A DNA stretch of 20,193 nt from a virus (taxonomy: Duplodnaviria; Heunggongvirae; Uroviricota; Caudoviricetes): IMG/VR virus record IMGVR_UViG_2703718798_000010, positions 1 to 20,193 of that record; one strand, written 5' to 3'. Under the pieces are notes generated by a model. The model saw only the letters and a program-made list of their open reading frames with translations, was not told the DNA's origin and made no database searches. Below, in pieces: positions 1 through 7,847 of the stretch. Every line of letters begins with the position of its first letter. Within the stretch, counting starts at the first letter, position 1. The position numbers were made by a program, and so were the translations under genes.

Positions 1-558
1 TTAAAGTCGCATCAGCCTTTCTACCAGTTGCTCCTTACGGGTAACGATCCAGCCGTGCTGCTCCAGATAAAACTTAAAACGCTCCAGAGTACACACCATC
101 GCATCGGCAGGCACTTTTTCCGTGAACTCGACCTGTCCGTAGTTATTGAAATGGATCAGTAATGCGCATCCGTCGTTTTCGATGGGGGATTTTTGTGTGG
201 CTGGTGGTTGTTTCTGGCTGAAATAACTGTCTTCCAGTTTTTCGAAAACTTCCCATGCCTGATCTGTTTCGAGCATTTTTGCATGACGGGCAGCCCCGCG
301 TTCTGTCCAGAGAATGAGGGAGCGGGTTTTGGGCGAGATTTGTAACTGACTTATTGTCAGTCGCAAATTTTTAAGCTCTTCGCCCACAACCTTGAAGAAA
401 TGTTTACCTTCAATAAAATGCTCTGAATTGCGCTTATGGTTTTGCTGAATACTATTCACATCCGCACCATAAAGATGCGCCAATAACTCGGTGGTTATGA
501 CAGGAATCTGGTTGTGGGCAATCGGGGAAAGAGTTTCAACAGGAATTTGAGTGGTCAT
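1..558 (-). CDS. ORF6N/KilA-N-like domain protein (phage antirepressor-like); may lie outside the prophage
   Basis: Complete 194-aa ORF, stop at position 1-3; start chosen at internal Met (MTTQIPVETL) preceded by GGAGGG; domain call from recalled family features only. Confidence 0.5.
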   Translation of the reverse strand: MTTQIPVETLSPIAHNQIPVITTELLAHLYGADVNSIQQNHKRNSEHFIEGKHFFKVVGEELKNLRLTISQLQISPKTRSLILWTERGAARHAKMLETDQAWEVFEKLEDSYFSQKQPPATQKSPIENDGCALLIHFNNYGQVEFTEKVPADAMVCTLERFKFYLEQHGWIVTRKEQLVERLMRL

Positions 559-720
559 ATTGACGCCCTCCGGTTGATGTTTCAAAACATCACCACCTTC
601 AGGTTCCTAATCATCGGGTGGCGAGACGTACAGGGTTAGGAACTACCGGATCAACCAACCGGCGAGCCTTTCGGCTCCCCCATACGCCCCACCATTATTC
701 AGATGTGCGTGCGCTTACGA

Positions 721-747
721 CAATAAAAAACACGCTCGCGGCGTGTT
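721..747 (-). terminator. Rho-independent terminator downstream of int
   Basis: 7-bp stem AACACGC/GCGTGTT (729-735/741-747) with A-run 722-730 on + strand, giving a U-tract after the hairpin on the minus-strand transcript. Confidence 0.5.
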
Positions 748-834
748 CTGTCGCGGTTGAATATCCGGGGTTCCTAATCCCGACGCCAGATTTTGCTGGC
801 GTGCGCAGACTATAATCCCGGACGGTTATTTTTG

Positions 835-1953
835 TCAAATAACCAACTTAACCCATTCCTGACCCCGAGTATCGTTATAGCGATCGGTGGTTGCCTGGAC
901 TTTATGTCCTAGTAATGTTTTTGTATCGATACCCTGTGCACGGTACAGCCGTTCTGATAGAGAGCGTTGTTCATGAAATGTTGGCGGAGTTTTTCCTGCT
1001 GGTGGAATTATCCCAGCCAGATCCCGTGCTTTGGCAAAGTAGTCGCTCAGGTTGTCTTTACTCATCGGCTTCGGTTGTTTCTGGTGCCGACTATGGATTA
1101 GATATGGACTTAATATTCTGTCTCGGCACCCATCAATAACTTCTTTTAACGTTATCCCAATGGCATCACAGCGTAGTGTAAGCGGTAACGCCAGACGCAT
1201 TCCGGTTTTTCCCTGGGTGATATGCAAGTGTTCGTTCCACACATCTGAAAAACGCATGTGGCAAATGTCATCACGGCGCTGACCAGTAACAATCGCAAGA
1301 AGCATTGCGTTACGGATAAAGTGTTTTTCAGGCGTTGCATTGTAAATTTTTTGCCAGTCTTCCATGGTGAGCCTGGCTCTGGTTACTTTAGGGATCGGTT
1401 TACGGGTAGCCTCCGGAGGATTCCATCCAGGAGGAACTTCCCCTGCATGCTGTGCTTCTTTATAAATATCAACCCATAATCCACGATTTACTCTCGCTGT
1501 GCTGACCATGTCTTTATCCAGCCACTCATCCAGTATTAATGCAAAGTCTCTTACTTCCAGTTCTTTCAATGGGTGGTTTCCCAGACGGGAAACCAGGTAT
1601 GCAGCCATTCGGGTTTTTTCTTTGTGAGTTGTAGCTGCAATATCTCCATTTTTCAGTCGCGTGTCCTGTATTTTCAGATATCGATCAACCCATGCCTTTA
1701 ATCTGATACCCCGACGTTTTGTTGCTGACGGACTTTCATCAATTTTGCGCATGAAATATTCAGCTTCTGCTGCAGCTATTCGCTGATTGGCTGTGGAAGC
1801 GATTTTTTCTGCCTTACCTTTGTCTGTTCCGAGTCCGTGAAATTTTCCAGTCACAGGATTTTTATACTGGTAGTAAACTCTGCCAGTTCTGCGATCAAAC
1901 TTTTCGTAAAGACCGGCTACGTCAGTGCTGTTTTTTCGTGGCCTCGGTGACAT
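835..1953 (-). CDS. int: Tyrosine recombinase, lambda-family integrase
   Basis: 372-aa ORF; C-terminus PTFHEQRSLSERLY...LLGHKVQATTDRYNDTRGQEW matches my recollection of the lambda Int catalytic C-terminus including the Tyr. Confidence 0.9.
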   Translation of the reverse strand: MSPRPRKNSTDVAGLYEKFDRRTGRVYYQYKNPVTGKFHGLGTDKGKAEKIASTANQRIAAAEAEYFMRKIDESPSATKRRGIRLKAWVDRYLKIQDTRLKNGDIAATTHKEKTRMAAYLVSRLGNHPLKELEVRDFALILDEWLDKDMVSTARVNRGLWVDIYKEAQHAGEVPPGWNPPEATRKPIPKVTRARLTMEDWQKIYNATPEKHFIRNAMLLAIVTGQRRDDICHMRFSDVWNEHLHITQGKTGMRLALPLTLRCDAIGITLKEVIDGCRDRILSPYLIHSRHQKQPKPMSKDNLSDYFAKARDLAGIIPPAGKTPPTFHEQRSLSERLYRAQGIDTKTLLGHKVQATTDRYNDTRGQEWVKLVI

Positions 1954-2197
1954 GAGTTAAAATCTCCTTCAGTGCATCATCATCGCCAGTATGAATTTCC
2001 GGCGCAATTCCCGTTTCACCAGGCCCAACAAATACTGCTCGGCGATCTATCAGCCAACGCCCACGAATTTTTTGTGGTCTTGGAACGATGTATCCTAGTT
2101 TTCCGTATTTCACCAGGGTAGTGTTTGTTATTGGGAGACTGAACCGCTTAGGTTTCCACTCGTCGAGCGTAATCAGGTACTGTTCGCTCATGACCAT
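1922..2197 (-). CDS. xis: Excisionase-like protein
   Basis: Small ORF overlapping the int start as in lambda; ITLDEW motif resembles lambda Xis LTLQEW; start at internal Met with GGAG upstream (alternative start 2191). Confidence 0.5.
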   Translation of the reverse strand: MVMSEQYLITLDEWKPKRFSLPITNTTLVKYGKLGYIVPRPQKIRGRWLIDRRAVFVGPGETGIAPEIHTGDDDALKEILTHVTEATKKQH

Positions 2198-2252
2198 CAC
2201 TCCGGAACGCGCCAGTTGCAGAATACCAACCACAACCGGCGACGGTTGAACA

Positions 2253-4796
2253 TTAAAAATCAGCCTGATTCGGGAACAGTTTTTGCCAGATAGCTGAAAC
2301 GTATTTTGCCTGGTAACGGGCGTCATCAAGTGCATTATGGCGCTCACCTTCGAATGGAATAGCCGTTCTGGCATCGAAGTCTATGGCTTTCCCCAGCTCA
2401 ACGATTGTGCGTACATCGCGATCGTTGTAGTAACGCCACGGGCAGGGGATCCCCTGCCGTTCGTATGAACGGCGCAAAATCGTGTTGTCGAAGTTGGCTC
2501 CATTTCCCCAGACCTGAACAAAAAATTCACCGGAGTTTTCGTCGATAAATTCCCGCAATTGTAACAGTGCATCATCTAACGGGATTTCATCGGTCATAAT
2601 GGCAGATTGCGCTTCGCGTGATTGCTTAAGCCACCATTTAATGGTGTCCCGATCAATGACTCCGCCAGCAGTTTCCAGATCGATAGTCTTACTAAATTCC
2701 GGTCCCATATCTCCGGTTTGCGGATCGAAAAATATTGCACCTATTGAGATGATCGGGGCATCAGGATTTTTTCCCATGGTTTCAAGGTCGATCATTAGAT
2801 GGTCACACGTCCTGCTGGTGGATGTGATTTCACGATGACCGTTCACCTTAATTAAGAGATTGGCTGTCTCGCCTGTTTCATTATTGCCATTGGCATGTTG
2901 ATCGCCTTCGGTGCACTCCTTGTTCGGGAGTCCGGCACTTTCCATTTCCTCCGGATCTTTTTCCCGGGCTTCATCCTGGCTTTCTTCGTTGAATGTCTCC
3001 TGGTATGTTGCGTCGCCCATCACCGCGCCACAGTCAGGACAGTTGCCGCCGCCGGTCTGACCGCAGGCTGTGCAGACTTTTTCCGGTTCCTGTTGCGCTA
3101 CTGGTTCAGGCTGTTTCGTTTCTGGCTCGTTTTGTTGCGCATTTGGACTGTGTTGTTCCGCTTTATGGCCTTTCTGTTCCGTTTCTTGCTGGTTATGGTT
3201 CACCGAATCGCGGGTTTCAATCCCCTTCACCCATTTTGGATCATTCGGGTCGCTAATCCCTTCAACAAATTCTCCGTGAGAAGCAGCCAGTAATTTATCT
3301 GCATCGACAGGATTTTTGGGTGGAATGTTTTTCCTGGCTTCATAGAGTTCTGCACGCAGTTTCTGATATTTCGCATCAACAGAATTTATCTGTGGCTGAG
3401 CATCCATCGACTGCGTGTCCTGATTATGTTCAGTTGTATCCGGTTCCACTGCTTCAGTCGTTGCCTGTTCATCTGCCATTGCGCCAGATGGCTGCGGTTT
3501 TTCTTCATCATCCTGTTTTCCTTCTTTTGTTACACGCTGCGGGATAGGGGCAGAGGAGCGACCGCAGGCAATATCCACGATTTCCGGATAAGGGTTGGCA
3601 TGATCGGTTTCGGTCAGTACTTTGTTCAGATATTCGGTAACACGGTGGGGAGTAGCCTCGATACCAATTGGTGCTTCTTTCACGGACGCAACTACTATCG
3701 CGCGGGAATAATCCAGGTGACCAGGCATGGCGATGAATTTGTCACGAAAAACAGAAAAGGGCGGCTTATTCTCTGAAACGATTTCTTCAATGCGTTTGGC
3801 GTGTGCCGGATGTGGATTGTAAATATCGATGTCCATTGAACGGGCCAGAACGCCAGCGGCAACGTCACGTTCCACTGACGCATCATCGTGGACAAAACCT
3901 TCACCGCGATCGGTAAGAATTCCTCCGCCAGCATTAGCGCCGGACGGGGTGCGATTGATTTCAGATACGCAATTTCCCTTTGCCCACTCTTTTGTCAACA
4001 GCCCCTGATCAAGGTAGTCAGTCTTCATCCAGGTGGAAATGAACTTGTCGAATTCTGCCGGGCTGATACGGCGTGTTGTTGCGTGAGTGAATGCCTTTTC
4101 CACCGAATGCGCCAGTCTTCCAAGATGATGGTTTGTCAGCTTATCCAGCTCAGGATGCGAACGTACTGCAGTAAGCAGGCTCTGTATGTTTCCATCTTCC
4201 ATATCCATTTCGATGCGGATCACGTCCTTGCGTTGTTCTGGTGTGGCGTGATGTTTGTATTTCTCGTCGAACTCCTGACCAAAGAAGTAGAGGTGCAGGA
4301 AGCGATGGGTAAGACTCAGGGTGGAGACGGGGATTTCACATTCAGGGCAGTCATCGTTGCTGTCCGGGGATTCGCTTTTATCTGCGTTCTCTGTCTGAGA
4401 GTCACTTTGTTCATCGCAGTCACGGCTGACACCTGTAACAGCTTCGCCGCTGGTATTGTCAGTGCTGGCTGGTTTGTCCTGAACTGAGGGGGAAGGCGCT
4501 ATAAATATCATTGTGATGCCATCTTCTCCGCCTTTTTCATAGCGGTTGCAGAATTCGGTATCAAACACACCTTCAGGCGGCAGGTCATTAACAATGGGCA
4601 AATTCACGCGAACAGGTTTTTTGAAATCCTCTTCGTCAAATCCAGCATCGTCCATTGCGACAACACCCCGTGATATTGCAACCGATAATTTTTTTGCTGT
4701 GCGCCAGTAAAAACCGCCTTTAATCCCAAGGCGTTTTCTGACTTTGTCATTTTTGGCTTCGTAATACAGTGCAATTTCTTCTTTATCAGTGCTCAT
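2253..4796 (-). CDS. RecE-like (exonuclease VIII-like) protein with a DnaQ-like DEDDh 3'-5' exonuclease C-terminal domain
   Basis: 847-aa ORF with GAGG RBS; N-terminal and central regions resemble Rac RecE as I recall it (GLLTKEW.KGN...[43 protein letters not shown]); C-terminal ~190 aa carry DEDDh motifs ([27 protein letters not shown]). Confidence 0.8.
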   Translation of the reverse strand: MSTDKEEIALYYEAKNDKVRKRLGIKGGFYWRTAKKLSVAISRGVVAMDDAGFDEEDFKKPVRVNLPIVNDLPPEGVFDTEFCNRYEKGGEDGITMIFIAPSPSVQDKPASTDNTSGEAVTGVSRDCDEQSDSQTENADKSESPDSNDDCPECEIPVSTLSLTHRFLHLYFFGQEFDEKYKHHATPEQRKDVIRIEMDMEDGNIQSLLTAVRSHPELDKLTNHHLGRLAHSVEKAFTHATTRRISPAEFDKFISTWMKTDYLDQGLLTKEWAKGNCVSEINRTPSGANAGGGILTDRGEGFVHDDASVERDVAAGVLARSMDIDIYNPHPAHAKRIEEIVSENKPPFSVFRDKFIAMPGHLDYSRAIVVASVKEAPIGIEATPHRVTEYLNKVLTETDHANPYPEIVDIACGRSSAPIPQRVTKEGKQDDEEKPQPSGAMADEQATTEAVEPDTTEHNQDTQSMDAQPQINSVDAKYQKLRAELYEARKNIPPKNPVDADKLLAASHGEFVEGISDPNDPKWVKGIETRDSVNHNQQETEQKGHKAEQHSPNAQQNEPETKQPEPVAQQEPEKVCTACGQTGGGNCPDCGAVMGDATYQETFNEESQDEAREKDPEEMESAGLPNKECTEGDQHANGNNETGETANLLIKVNGHREITSTSRTCDHLMIDLETMGKNPDAPIISIGAIFFDPQTGDMGPEFSKTIDLETAGGVIDRDTIKWWLKQSREAQSAIMTDEIPLDDALLQLREFIDENSGEFFVQVWGNGANFDNTILRRSYERQGIPCPWRYYNDRDVRTIVELGKAIDFDARTAIPFEGERHNALDDARYQAKYVSAIWQKLFPNQADF

Positions 4797-4888
4797 TGAT
4801 AAACCTCATAACTATTTTAAGGTTGTACGAATCCCTGCCATTGCTGGCATACTTAATCAACGGGTATGGTGTTAATATGGCTGGCGGG

Positions 4889-5083
4889 TTATCCAGCCGG
4901 TATTTCGTTATTCAGGTACAGCGATACTTTGTTTAACGGGAGACATTCACCGGAAATTTTTTGCTCGTCTCTTGCCTGATGGCAGGATTCTTTACTGGCA
5001 TAAATTCCGGTAATCACATTCTGTGATTCACCCGTTATAAGAAAAACCGTCATCACCAGTGCAAATGCTGAAGTCATTGACAT
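4889..5083 (-). CDS. Hypothetical small protein with hydrophobic N-terminus (early-left operon)
   Basis: 64-aa ORF; start overlaps the stop of the upstream ORF (ATGTCAATGA), suggesting translational coupling. Confidence 0.4.
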   Translation of the reverse strand: MSMTSAFALVMTVFLITGESQNVITGIYASKESCHQARDEQKISGECLPLNKVSLYLNNEIPAG

Positions 5084-5262
5084 TCTCCGAAAATACCAAG
5101 TTCAAGAAGGGCAATTCTGGAGAGTATGGAATTATCATTGAGAAGATAAGGCTCATATTTTCTCATCTTAATGGCATCTTCAGTAAACTCCCGGTTACTG
5201 AGCAGAATACCAATATCAAAACACCCTTCAGACGTATTAACGTTTGGTAGTGACGTTTCCAT
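5074..5262 (-). CDS. Hypothetical small protein (early-left operon)
   Basis: 62-aa ORF on the early-left strand, coupled to the downstream small ORF. Confidence 0.4.
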   Translation of the reverse strand: METSLPNVNTSEGCFDIGILLSNREFTEDAIKMRKYEPYLLNDNSILSRIALLELGIFGECQ

Positions 5263-5651
5263 TATCGCGTCCTCAACAATGAATTTTGTTGATGCGGCGC
5301 CTGGTGCCTCCAGGTGACGTTAACCAGTTAACAATTAACGTCGGAATACAGAAGGATGCCCGTTGCGCCCCGTAAAATACCACTTTACGGTTTTAACTGT
5401 TCCGCGTGCGCATAGCCGCATTCACCGCATCACAAAATTCACTTTAAAAAGGGCGGACATCAGTCAGCAACAAACCGATGCCGCCAATGGGTACACCACG
5501 AGGTTGCACTGGCTACACAACCGGAAGCGCACGGTCGAAGAAATTTAACGACAAGACTTATATGCAAAGAAACCTCTCCGTGCGCTTTCGTGTTATGCCA
5601 TGACTTTTCAGGGTACATTAACCTGTGGAAACCTGTTTTTACTGGCGCTAA

Positions 5652-5891
5652 TCAGTTGGCGTTTCTTGCTAACCAGCGACGCGCGCCAGCTTCCGTTTTA
5701 AACGTTTTGCTTCTGGTATACGTCATCGCGGTAAACGTGCCGTCCAGGTTGGGGAATACTCCACATAGCAGAGATTCGTTGTTGCCAAGCTCGATAGTAT
5801 CCATGCTGACCTCATTTCCCCTTAACGCCGGGGTAGCGGAACTAAAAACCTGCTGCGCTGTTATATAAAGTGTTCCCGCCGTCATGTTCAT
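5652..5891 (-). CDS. Hypothetical protein, first ORF downstream of the leftward promoter
   Basis: 79-aa ORF with GAGG 3 nt before the ATG; no recognisable family. Confidence 0.3.
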   Translation of the reverse strand: MNMTAGTLYITAQQVFSSATPALRGNEVSMDTIELGNNESLLCGVFPNLDGTFTAMTYTRSKTFKTEAGARRWLARNAN

Positions 5892-5983
5892 ACGCCTCGG
5901 GCTGGCTACTTAACCCCTGACCACTGCCGGGTAACTCGAAGTATTGCCTGGCGTTCTGTGGGGCGGGGTGGGGTAGTGGAAAT

Positions 5984-6013
5984 AATCTACAATTAAAAAC
6001 TGTTTTGTGTCAA
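5984..6013 (-). promoter_or_regulatory. Candidate leftward early promoter (pL-like)
   Basis: Minus-strand TTGACA (6013-6008) lies in the spacer of the operator palindrome; candidate -10 TAGATT 18 bp downstream (5989-5984). Confidence 0.4.
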
Positions 6014-6027
6014 CAGTTTTTAATTGT
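5989..6027. promoter_or_regulatory. Operator-like palindrome (OL-like)
   Basis: Perfect 16-bp inverted repeat ACAATTAAAAACTGTT / AACAGTTTTTAATTGT with 7-bp spacer; same half-site as the palindrome at 7027-7061. Confidence 0.55.
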
Positions 6028-6037
6028 TGTGTTGGGC

Positions 6038-6064
6038 AAAAAAAACTCCCTCGAATGAGGGAGT
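6038..6064 (-). terminator. Rho-independent terminator ending the repressor/TA transcript
   Basis: 8-bp stem ACTCCCTC/GAGGGAGT with GAAT loop; A8 run on + strand gives a U-tract on the minus-strand RNA. Confidence 0.7.
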
Positions 6065-6080
6065 GTGAAAATTGTTCAGT

Positions 6081-6368
6081 TCAGATAGGGAAGGGAAATT
6101 GTCGGCGGGCATGCACAATATTTGCAATTTCAATGCTTGAAGCTGCTACTCGGTACAAAACGATATAATTAGGGTGAACCACAATTTCCCGCAAACCGGA
6201 TACTCGATCACTTGGCGGATATAGATATGGATGCTCAGAGAGGGCTAAAACAGACGTTTCAATCCGTATTTTTAGTCTGCGTGCTGCAGGAATATTTTCC
6301 TTAGCAATATAGGCTACGATCTGACGGAAATCATCGCGAGCAGATGGTAGCCACAAAATGGGTAACAT
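6081..6368 (-). CDS. Type II toxin, RelE/ParE family
   Basis: 95-aa ORF; start overlaps the antitoxin stop (TAATG); family assignment from overall resemblance to ParE-like toxins. Confidence 0.7.
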   Translation of the reverse strand: MLPILWLPSARDDFRQIVAYIAKENIPAARRLKIRIETSVLALSEHPYLYPPSDRVSGLREIVVHPNYIVLYRVAASSIEIANIVHARRQFPFPI

Positions 6369-6559
6369 TACTCGCTCCTGTTAGTTACAGCAATTTGAGC
6401 AATAAGATTCTCCATTTCAGCCATTACCTCATCATGTGGAATTGAGGGACGAGGGTCTGCAAGGCTTGACGCCACTTTAGCGCGTAACCATTCGTTGTAA
6501 CTGTTTTCTTGTTCGGTAGTTTCGAATTCTGAAACTATCGGAGAAAGGGCTGTACTCAT
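6368..6559 (-). CDS. Putative antitoxin partner of the ParE/RelE-family toxin
   Basis: 63-aa acidic ORF immediately upstream and coupled to the toxin; GAGGAG RBS 7 nt before ATG; family not identified. Confidence 0.55.
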   Translation of the reverse strand: MSTALSPIVSEFETTEQENSYNEWLRAKVASSLADPRPSIPHDEVMAEMENLIAQIAVTNRSE

Positions 6560-6586
6560 GGCATAACTCCTCTTCTTGTACTGTGG

Positions 6587-6988
6587 TCACGCCCGGCGGC
6601 TTTTTTGTGCCGCCAACCACCGGGCAATGGTTTCTTCCATTGATTTTTTCTTGTCTTTGATTTCTTGAAGCATTTTTTCTTGGTCTTCCTCTGGAAACGC
6701 ACTAAAAGCCTGGAGCAGTTCGCGTTGACGAGGACCAATTTTCATCGTGTCAGGGGTGAAAATTTGCTCCCCCTCTTCAGGAGGCAATAAAAACCAATGC
6801 AATGGATGCCCTGTAACCTCAACCAGTTTATCCAAACTTGAGGCTTTAGGTGTAGCCTTACCGCTGACCCATTGTTGAACAGTTTGTTGTGTCACACCAA
6901 TTCTACGGGCAAGCTCAGCCTGGCTCCATCCAGTTTCCTGAAGAAGCTTGCTGATTCTGTACATAGATACTTCTAGGGCGTTCATCAT
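6587..6988 (-). CDS. HTH XRE-family prophage repressor (DicA/RacR-like)
   Basis: 133-aa ORF with N-terminal HTH (WSQAELARRIGVTQQTVQQW) and a C-terminal segment resembling DicA; divergent from a cro-like gene. Confidence 0.8.
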   Translation of the reverse strand: MMNALEVSMYRISKLLQETGWSQAELARRIGVTQQTVQQWVSGKATPKASSLDKLVEVTGHPLHWFLLPPEEGEQIFTPDTMKIGPRQRELLQAFSAFPEEDQEKMLQEIKDKKKSMEETIARWLAAQKSRRA

Positions 6989-7026
6989 TATTCAATTTTA
7001 CAGGTAAATACTGTTAAAAGCATCAC

Positions 7027-7061
7027 AATAAAAAACTGTTGATCGTGTACAGTTTTTTATT
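7027..7061. promoter_or_regulatory. Operator-like palindrome (OR-like) in the divergent repressor/cro intergenic region
   Basis: AATAAAAAACTGT(T) ... (A)ACAGTTTTTTATT inverted repeat; shares AAAAACTGTT half-site with 5989-6027; extra half-site AAATACTGTT at 7007-7016. Confidence 0.5.
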
Positions 7062-7097
7062 GTAGGCTTTGCTTATAGTTTTTTAGAGGAGAGCAAA

Positions 7098-7370
7098 ATG
7101 CTAGATAGCACTCGCGAAAAAATTAGGCAGAAATACACTCAAGCTGAAATAGGTCGTTATATGGGGGTCGCTCAACAGACTGTTTGGCAATGGTTTAGCT
7201 TTGACGTTCCCCCAAAGCAGGTAATTCCGTTATGTCAGCTAATGAAGTGGGAAGTTACCCCGCATGAAATTCGCCCTGATATTTATCCTAACCCAACCGA
7301 TGGTTTACCTGTTGGATTCAAGGTTAACACATCAAATGCACCGGAGTTGATTCATGAAAATCAAGCATGA
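7098..7370 (+). CDS. Cro-like HTH regulator, YdaS-like
   Basis: 90-aa ORF with GGAG RBS; HTH segment and an ELRPDI-type motif as in Rac YdaS; divergent from the repressor. Confidence 0.7.
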   Translation: MLDSTREKIRQKYTQAEIGRYMGVAQQTVWQWFSFDVPPKQVIPLCQLMKWEVTPHEIRPDIYPNPTDGLPVGFKVNTSNAPELIHENQA

Positions 7371-7779
7371 ACACATCCGCATGGCGATGAATGTCTGGGC
7401 GCATCCGGACGGCGAAAAAGTACCGGCTGCGAAAATTACCAAAGCGTATTTCGAGCTGGGAATGACGTTCCCGGAACTGTATGACGACAGCCATCCGGAA
7501 GCCCTGGCCCGTAATACCCAGAAAATTTTCCGTTGGCTGGATAAAGACACCCCTGATGCTGTTGAAAAAATGCAGGCTCTGTTACCGGCGATCGAAAAGG
7601 CGATGCCGCCTTTGCTGGTGGCCCGTATGCGCAGTCACAGTTCTGAATATTACCGGGAGATCGTCGAACGACGGGATCGGCTGGTGAAAGATGTGGATGA
7701 TTTTGTCGCTGTAGCGATCGCCTGGGGCACCCTGACTAACAGTGGTGGTCAGCCTGGTAATGCTGTTGTTGTGCATTGA
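7354..7779 (+). CDS. YdaT-like protein (CII-position regulator of Rac-type prophages)
   Basis: 141 aa; begins MKIKHEHI and ends VVVH, matching my recollection of Rac YdaT; overlaps ydaS-like by 17 nt. Confidence 0.75.
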   Translation: MKIKHEHIRMAMNVWAHPDGEKVPAAKITKAYFELGMTFPELYDDSHPEALARNTQKIFRWLDKDTPDAVEKMQALLPAIEKAMPPLLVARMRSHSSEYYREIVERRDRLVKDVDDFVAVAIAWGTLTNSGGQPGNAVVVH

Positions 7780-7847
7780 CCAACAATATTTATACCGGAT
7801 TTCTTCCGGAAGTTCGTGGGTAAAGTTCGGTATCAGAAGAGGTGAGT

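Noticed and set aside
618-815. 65-aa plus-strand ORF between the ORF6N gene and int
   Set aside because: It lies in the repeat- and hairpin-rich junction, has no convincing RBS, and an Arg/Pro/Thr-rich translation; more likely non-coding att/terminator DNA.
2599-4487. Plus-strand ORFs of 69-199 aa inside the recE-like gene
   Set aside because: They lie fully antisense to a long, well-supported ORF with cysteine/leucine-rich low-complexity translations; antisense shadow ORFs.
6556-6738. 60-aa minus-strand ORF rich in Lys/Arg
   Set aside because: Lies in an alternative frame inside the 3' part of the repressor gene and slightly overlaps the antitoxin start; no independent support.
5989-7061. 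LexA (SOS) boxes, because both palindromes contain CTGT ... ACAG
   Set aside because: Spacing is CTGT-N9-ACAG in both sites, not the CTGT-N8-ACAG of the LexA consensus, and the conserved flanks differ; a phage-repressor operator fits better.
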